A program made the translations under genes and the position numbers. Positions 53,383 to 58,489 of a DNA stretch of 58,489 bases are shown one piece after another. This DNA comes from Nitrospirota bacterium (GTDB lineage: Bacteria > Nitrospirota > Thermodesulfovibrionia > SZUA-242). Location of the stretch: positions 1-58,489 of the forward strand of contig QJVM01000148.1 of the NCBI GenBank assembly GCA_003235715.1, in the 5' to 3' direction. The notes under the pieces are model-generated. The model made no database searches and was not told where the DNA came from. It saw nothing but the letters and a program-made list of their open reading frames with translations. The stretch's first letter is position 1, and each line of letters starts with the position of its first letter.

Positions 53383-54075
53383 TCAAACCCGTCCGGGGTC
53401 CGGACGGGAGGGCCGGTTTCCGGTTTCTGAAACGAGTACGTATCCCCTGCCGCGGTCCCCTTCAAGACGATAGCCGAAGCCGCTCAGGCACTGAATCATG
53501 GGACGGCCAAAATGAAAGGGCAGAACGTCCGGTTCCAGCAGGGAACGCTCCATCACGAAATCCCGGATATAGAGATCAAAATTCAGAATATCGAGTATCG
53601 GCTCTTCGGGACCGCCCGAGGCCAGGGCCTGAATGCCTTCCGCGAGCCGGGCGAAGGAGGTCCTCTCTTCGTGATGAAGCACCAGTTCCTTTATGCTCTT
53701 ATCCCGAATGAGAGCCTGCCGCTCGAGCTTCGATGAGTCATACAGGGCCACGAGGGGATCCGGATTCCAACATTCCAGGGTGCGGCATTGGGCAGGACGC
53801 GAATCGTAGATCCTGCAGGTGGATCCATCGGCGCCAAGGTATCGGCATATTCGGGTGCCCGGTCTTTCACCTATCTTAATGTGTTCTTCCTCAAGGCGAG
53901 CCACGCTCCCTGAGATGTTGTCAAAGACAAATTCGCCCTTCCTCAGGGTGTAGACGTCCGCCAGGGAGAGAACCCCCGTGAAGAAGAGGTCCGCATCTGT
54001 CGGATGTAGGGTGGGACTGCTCTTCTGGCAGCAGGTACCGCACTGGCGGCATTCCGATGGGGAGAGTTCGCGCAT
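53383..54075 (-). CDS. YkgJ-family (UPF0153) cysteine-cluster protein
   Basis: CRQCGTCC N-terminal motif plus CRYL...CRIYDSRPAQCR. Confidence 0.75.
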   Translation of the reverse strand: MRELSPSECRQCGTCCQKSSPTLHPTDADLFFTGVLSLADVYTLRKGEFVFDNISGSVARLEEEHIKIGERPGTRICRYLGADGSTCRIYDSRPAQCRTLECWNPDPLVALYDSSKLERQALIRDKSIKELVLHHEERTSFARLAEGIQALASGGPEEPILDILNFDLYIRDFVMERSLLEPDVLPFHFGRPMIQCLSGFGYRLEGDRGRGYVLVSETGNRPSRPDPGRV

Positions 54076-54133
54076 GTTTTTCTTGCAGGTGATCCTGAAA
54101 CCTATCTTAAAACATCAGACAGCCTCCTGTGTC

Positions 54134-54796
54134 TCAGCGCCTCTTCACCTCCGGCTCTTCCTGAAGATGCACGGCACAGGGGCTTCTGTCCTTTCGGAGG
54201 GTTCCGATTGCCTCGGCACGCGTTCTGGCCATACGAACCTCCTCTCCATCCAGCTGCCAGCCGAGCGTCATGGAACGCATCAGATTTTCGTCTGAGTTCT
54301 GCCGATGCGCAAGGCCGAGGGCATGGCCCAATTCGTGTGCGGCCGTGCGCGCGGCCGGATGGCCAGCCGGCCGGTCAACCTGCGCAAGTTCAGGCTCCTC
54401 GCGCACCCGGATATCGTGGGCATCGACATAATAGCCGTTCATCCCGTCGGCATCAGGCGCGAACCATAGGTCGAACCCTGTGGCGGAGATCTGATCCGAA
54501 CGTGTAATCCGGGTATCAAAGCATATGCGGGCCTGATGAAACCAGATGTGGTTGATCTCCTGCACGACCGGGACCCACGCTTCAATCGGCTTGCGGCTTT
54601 CTCCAACGTGAACCCTGAGGGGCACGACCAGACTCCGGGGCTGGGGGGTAATCCCGGACGGGGCGACATGCGTTGCGCCACCGACTCCGGAAGCTGCCGG
54701 GGTCGTGATGTTCAGCGCCAGAGCGAAGACGAGAAGAAAGGAAGACAGGACGTTCCAATTCTGGTATTTCCGGCACCCCGGGCTCTGCGTTAGCAT
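54134..54796 (-). CDS. Secreted zinc metalloprotease (metzincin/matrixin-like)
   Basis: Signal peptide and HELGHALGLAH (HExxHxxGxxH). Confidence 0.8.
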   Translation of the reverse strand: MLTQSPGCRKYQNWNVLSSFLLVFALALNITTPAASGVGGATHVAPSGITPQPRSLVVPLRVHVGESRKPIEAWVPVVQEINHIWFHQARICFDTRITRSDQISATGFDLWFAPDADGMNGYYVDAHDIRVREEPELAQVDRPAGHPAARTAAHELGHALGLAHRQNSDENLMRSMTLGWQLDGEEVRMARTRAEAIGTLRKDRSPCAVHLQEEPEVKRR

Positions 54797-54877
54797 GACG
54801 CTCCTCCTTCTTTAAGTTTATATCCACCACGGACGGCAAGGCCCGACTGAAGCCCCGTCAATTTCGCGTTAGAATAG

Positions 54878-57262
54878 GTGCTGTCAAACCGAATCCTGGA
54901 AACTCGCTCCCTGAATAGGCATTCCTTGATGCTCTCCCGACTCGAGTCATGGCTTGGAACCTGGGTGGTCCGCTACGCGGGTCGTATTATTGTGCTTTCT
55001 CTGGCTGCGGCGGCGCTTAGTATTTACGGCGTCCGGTTCCTCACGATCACCAACGATTCCCGGGTTTACTTCAGCAAGGAGAATCCTCAGCTCCAAGCCT
55101 TTGAAGCCCTGGAAAGGGTTTACTCCAAGGACAACCATGTGATCTTTGTGCTGGCTCCCCGGAGCGGCAACGTGTTTACGCGCGAAGTTCTGTCGGCGGT
55201 GTCGGATCTCACCGGAGCCTCCTGGAAACTACCCTATTCATCCCGCGTGGACTCTCTCATCAATTTCCAGCATGTATACGCGGAGGGTGATGAACTGATC
55301 GTGGAGAACCTGGTCCGGGACCCGACCGGGCTCACGGATGAGGAACTCGGCCGGATACGGGAGATTGCCCTTGGTGAACAGAATCTGGTCAACCGCATAG
55401 TCTCTCCCACGGGACATGTCACAGGCGTCCGTGTCCTCATCACTGCGCCGGGAAAGACGCTCAATGAAACACCGGAAGTGACCGAGGCCGCGCGGAAACT
55501 GGCTGATGAATTCCGATCTGCTCACCCGGATATCAAACTTTATCTGTCAGGCGGGATACTTCTGGACAGCGCCTTTGGCGAGGCGGCCCGGAACGACATG
55601 AAGACGCTCGTGCCGGGCATGCTGCTGGTGCTTTTCATGATTCTCGGGTTGGCGCTTCGTTCCGTGGGAGGAACCCTGAGCACCCTGCTCGTGGTGGTCC
55701 TGTCGAGCCTCACGGGGTTGGGGCTGGCGGGGTGGCTCGGCATGGCCCTGAATCCTTCCTCGGTGAATGCGGCCACCATCTGCCTGACCCTGGCGGTGGC
55801 CGACAGCGTGCACATTTTGGTGACCCTGTTTCACGGACTGCGCGAGGGCAAGAGCCGCCAGGAGGCGGTGGCCGAGAGTCTGCGCTTGAACCTCCAGCCC
55901 GTGTTTCTCACCAGCTTCACCACGGCTATCGGTTTCCTCAGTATGAATTTCTCTGACGCGCCCCCGTTCCGGGATCTTGGAAACATCGTCGCCATGGGGG
56001 TGACCGCGGCCTTTCTCTACTCCATCCTTCTGCTTCCGGCCATGGCCGCGGTCCTGCCCTTCGGCCCTTCCGCGAGGGGAACCGGGGTCGTCCGCGATCG
56101 AGGCAGTCTGGACGGCCTTGCCCGTTTCGTGGTCCGGAGGCGGCGCGCCATCTTCTGGGGTCTGACCGGTCTCACGGTGTTGCTCATCTCAGGGGTTTTC
56201 AGGAACGTCCTCGATGATGATTTCATCAAGTACTTTGACCATCGTTATGAGATCCGGAGGGCTACGGACTTCCTCGAGGAGAACCTGACCGGTCTTTACG
56301 TGATCGATTACTCCCTGGAATCCGGCGAGCCCGGCGGGATTCATGACCCCGCCTATCTGAAGGTACTGGACGACTTTTGCACCTGGTATGAAGGTCAGCC
56401 GAACGTGGTGAGTGTGAGCACCTTCTCCCGAATCATGAAACGTTTGAACAAGAGTATGCACGGGGACGACGAGAGCTATTACCGGTTACCCGAGTCCAGG
56501 GAACTTGCGGCGCAATACCTTCTGCTTTTCGAGATGTCACTGCCATTCGGGCTCGACCTGAACAAGACGATTAATGTGGAAAAGTCTTCCACCCGGGTTT
56601 CCGTGACCATGAGGCATACCTCCATGAAGGAGATCCGAGAAACCGACGAACGGGCCGTGGCGTGGCTCAGGAGCCATGCACCGCCGTCCATGCAGACCGT
56701 GGGCACCGGGCTGACCATCATGTTCAGCCACATTTCAGAGCGAAATATCCGGAGCATGCTGGGAGGCTCCCTTCTCGGACTCGTCCTCATTTCAGCGGTC
56801 ATGATTCTGGCCCTGAAGAGCGTCCGGATGGGTCTGATGAGCCTTATCCCCAACCTCACCCCGGCTTTCATGGCGCTGGGGTTATGGGGGTATCTGGTCG
56901 GAGAGGTCGGACTCACGGTCTCCGTACTTGCCGCCTTGACGATGGGGATCGTGGTCGATGATACGGTCCATTTCATGACCAAGTACCTGCGGGCCAGGCG
57001 TGAACAGGGCCTGGCCCCAGCGGAGGCCGTCAGGTATTCTTTTCATACCGTTGGAACCGCCCTCTGGGTCACGACGGTGGTTCTGGTGGCCGGTTTCCTG
57101 GTTCTGGCCGTCTCCGGGTTCAAGATCAATGCGGACATGGGGCTCATGACCGCGGTAACCCTGGCGATTGCCCTGCTGATGGATTTTCTCCTTCTTCCGG
57201 TTCTTCTGCTCATGGCCGACGGGGCCTGGTCCCCCGATGCCGTCCCGGAGGAGGGAGGCTGA
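54878..57262 (+). CDS. MMPL/RND-superfamily exporter (HpnN-like, SSD-type)
   Basis: 794 aa with two 6-TM bundles, each preceded by a soluble loop. GTG start; an ATG at 54929 is possible. Confidence 0.9.
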   Translation: MLSNRILETRSLNRHSLMLSRLESWLGTWVVRYAGRIIVLSLAAAALSIYGVRFLTITNDSRVYFSKENPQLQAFEALERVYSKDNHVIFVLAPRSGNVFTREVLSAVSDLTGASWKLPYSSRVDSLINFQHVYAEGDELIVENLVRDPTGLTDEELGRIREIALGEQNLVNRIVSPTGHVTGVRVLITAPGKTLNETPEVTEAARKLADEFRSAHPDIKLYLSGGILLDSAFGEAARNDMKTLVPGMLLVLFMILGLALRSVGGTLSTLLVVVLSSLTGLGLAGWLGMALNPSSVNAATICLTLAVADSVHILVTLFHGLREGKSRQEAVAESLRLNLQPVFLTSFTTAIGFLSMNFSDAPPFRDLGNIVAMGVTAAFLYSILLLPAMAAVLPFGPSARGTGVVRDRGSLDGLARFVVRRRRAIFWGLTGLTVLLISGVFRNVLDDDFIKYFDHRYEIRRATDFLEENLTGLYVIDYSLESGEPGGIHDPAYLKVLDDFCTWYEGQPNVVSVSTFSRIMKRLNKSMHGDDESYYRLPESRELAAQYLLLFEMSLPFGLDLNKTINVEKSSTRVSVTMRHTSMKEIRETDERAVAWLRSHAPPSMQTVGTGLTIMFSHISERNIRSMLGGSLLGLVLISAVMILALKSVRMGLMSLIPNLTPAFMALGLWGYLVGEVGLTVSVLAALTMGIVVDDTVHFMTKYLRARREQGLAPAEAVRYSFHTVGTALWVTTVVLVAGFLVLAVSGFKINADMGLMTAVTLAIALLMDFLLLPVLLLMADGAWSPDAVPEEGG

Positions 57263-57276
57263 TAAGGGGAGGTCCT

Positions 57277-58080
57277 ATGAAACGGGTTTCGGGGCAGATA
57301 TTGTTCTTCGGATGTATCGTTGGCTTTTTTCTCATGACGGTGCCGGCTTCGGGCCTGAGCCCCGAGGAGAAGGGACTTCAGATCGCCCGGCAGGCCTCGG
57401 AAAAGGATGACGGGTTCGGAGATTCCACGGCGGAGATGGAAATGATCCTCCGCAATCTGCAGGAGGAGGAAAGCCACCGGAAGATTCGGGTCCGAACCCT
57501 CGAGGTTCCGGAGGACGGGGACAAGAGCCTCACGATCTTCGATACGCCCAAGGATGTGGCCGGGACGGCCTTTTTGTCCTTCTCCCACAAGGTCGGGGAC
57601 GACGACCAGTGGTTGTACCTTCCGGCCCTCAAGCGGGTGAAGAGGATCACGTCCAGGAACAAGTCGGGGTCTTTCATGGGAAGTGAGTTCTCCTACGAGG
57701 ACATCGCGAGCCAGGAAGTGGAAAAGTACATCTATCGCTGGCTGCGGGACGAGGCATGGGATGGCACCGATTGTTTCGTTATCGAGCGCCGCCCCGTGGA
57801 CAAGGAAAACTCGGGTTACCTCCGGCAGTCGGTCTGGCTTGACAAGGCCGAACTTCGCACCCAGAAGGTTGAGTTCTATGATCGCAAGGAATCCCTGCTC
57901 AAAACCCTGACCTTCCATGGTTACCAAAAGTACAAGGACCGTTACTGGAGACCAGACCGCATGTTCGTGGTGAATCACCAGAACGGAAAGAGCACGGAAC
58001 TCCTCTGGTCGAATTATCGGTTCGGGACAGGACTGTCCGCACGGGATTTTGATGAAAGCGCCCTTAAACGTGTCCGGTAG
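57277..58080 (+). CDS. Outer-membrane lipoprotein-sorting (LolA-like) protein
   Basis: 267 aa with a signal peptide and WLYLPALKRVKRITSRNKSGSFMGSEFSYED, a signature typical of LolA-like partners of MMPL exporters. Confidence 0.8.
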   Translation: MKRVSGQILFFGCIVGFFLMTVPASGLSPEEKGLQIARQASEKDDGFGDSTAEMEMILRNLQEEESHRKIRVRTLEVPEDGDKSLTIFDTPKDVAGTAFLSFSHKVGDDDQWLYLPALKRVKRITSRNKSGSFMGSEFSYEDIASQEVEKYIYRWLRDEAWDGTDCFVIERRPVDKENSGYLRQSVWLDKAELRTQKVEFYDRKESLLKTLTFHGYQKYKDRYWRPDRMFVVNHQNGKSTELLWSNYRFGTGLSARDFDESALKRVR

Positions 58081-58081
58081 G

Positions 58082-58489
58082 ATGCACTGCGACAGGCGGC
58101 GCAAGGCTTTGGCCTGGGGAACAATCCGGCCCCTCTTCCTGGCCCCGGTGCTGGTGTTTGTCACGGCAACGGTCGTCATGGCGGCCGGGCATGATTTTTC
58201 CGGTTACGTTGGCCTGGAGGGCAGAGGGTTCTTTGAAGACGAACGCTATGCCGGGCAGGAGCGGAACAACGGGTCGTTTTTTCTCCAGCCCGAGTACCGG
58301 TATGGGTGGTCCGGTGGGTCCGGTTTTACGGCGATCCCCTTCCTCAGGGTCGACTCGGCCGACGAGGAGAGGACGCATTTCGATCTGAGAGAGTTCAACG
58401 TGCTCCTGGTGGGGGAACGGGCCGAACTTCTTTTGGGCCTGGGCAAGGTCTTCTGGGGAGCCACGGAATTTGTCCATCTCGTGGATATC
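58082..58489 (+). CDS. Probable outer-membrane beta-barrel protein (partial; continues past the right edge)
   Basis: The ATG lies 2 nt after the upstream stop, and the frame stays open to the window end (136 codons). Signal-like N-terminus, then alternating beta-strand-like sequence (YVGLEGRGFFEDERY...FFLQPEYRYGW). Confidence 0.5.
   Translation, partial: MHCDRRRKALAWGTIRPLFLAPVLVFVTATVVMAAGHDFSGYVGLEGRGFFEDERYAGQERNNGSFFLQPEYRYGWSGGSGFTAIPFLRVDSADEERTHFDLREFNVLLVGERAELLLGLGKVFWGATEFVHLVDI

Noticed and set aside
1-58489. CRISPR arrays, transposases or integrases, prophage genes, toxin-antitoxin or other recognisable defence systems, and tRNA or rRNA genes.
   Set aside because: Reading both strands I found no regularly spaced direct repeats, no IS-like terminal inverted repeats, no recombinase motifs and no tRNA-like T-arm or acceptor patterns. 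This eye-scan is not exhaustive; tRNAscan-SE, a CRISPR finder and a defence-system HMM scan would be decisive.

Overview
This 58.5-kb chromosomal window is GC-rich by eye and densely coding, with about 60 genes. I found no rRNA, tRNA, CRISPR array or mobile element. The gene content (triheme c7-type cytochrome, sigma-54 activator, DsrEFH/TusA proteins, repeated selenocysteine use) suggests an anaerobic Desulfobacterota/deltaproteobacterium-like organism; that is inference only.

Layout:
- Left third, housekeeping: trxA, a TlpA-like redoxin, ffh-rpsP-rimM-trmD-rplS-rnhB, an rRNA methyltransferase, a pseudouridine synthase, an MltD-like lytic transglycosylase, leuS-lptE-holA and rpsT.
- Middle, signalling: HEAT-repeat protein, HD-GYP, and a REC-DHp protein.
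- Middle, sulfur and Fe-S handling: iscR-nifS-nifU-tusA, a GNAT, gcvH-lpd, dsrH-dsrE-dsrF-tusA, and a rhodanese/ferritin-like fusion.
- Middle, other: a MacAB-type ABC exporter, a sigma-54 activator, anchor-less sdhAB, and a parvulin PPIase.
- Right, envelope and redox: a degenerate GGDEF protein, a membrane spermidine-synthase-like protein, a PadR-controlled RND/TolC efflux operon, an FTR-like/glutaredoxin-like/YkgJ redox trio, a metzincin, and an MMPL/LolA-like/outer-membrane-protein export module.

Main result: three ORF pairs that the six-frame track splits are each a single gene interrupted by an in-frame TGA. Each TGA is followed 9-12 nt later by a stem-loop with a G/U-containing apical loop, which fits a bacterial SECIS element. 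The three genes are:
- a short GrdB-family protein;
- a rhodanese whose catalytic Cys codon is the UGA, fused to a diiron ferritin-like domain;
- a signal-peptide-bearing protein with one CxxCH heme motif and three rhodanese domains, with a CGGPTU active-site loop.

The third gene has a sigma-54-type promoter, a cluster of GTTAAC repeats and a divergent PAS/sigma-54 activator. Together with the neighbouring NifS/NifU/TusA/GcvH/Lpd/DsrHEF genes, these look like an uncharacterised sulfur/selenium-trafficking system.

All family assignments come from motif recognition by eye. No database search was run.
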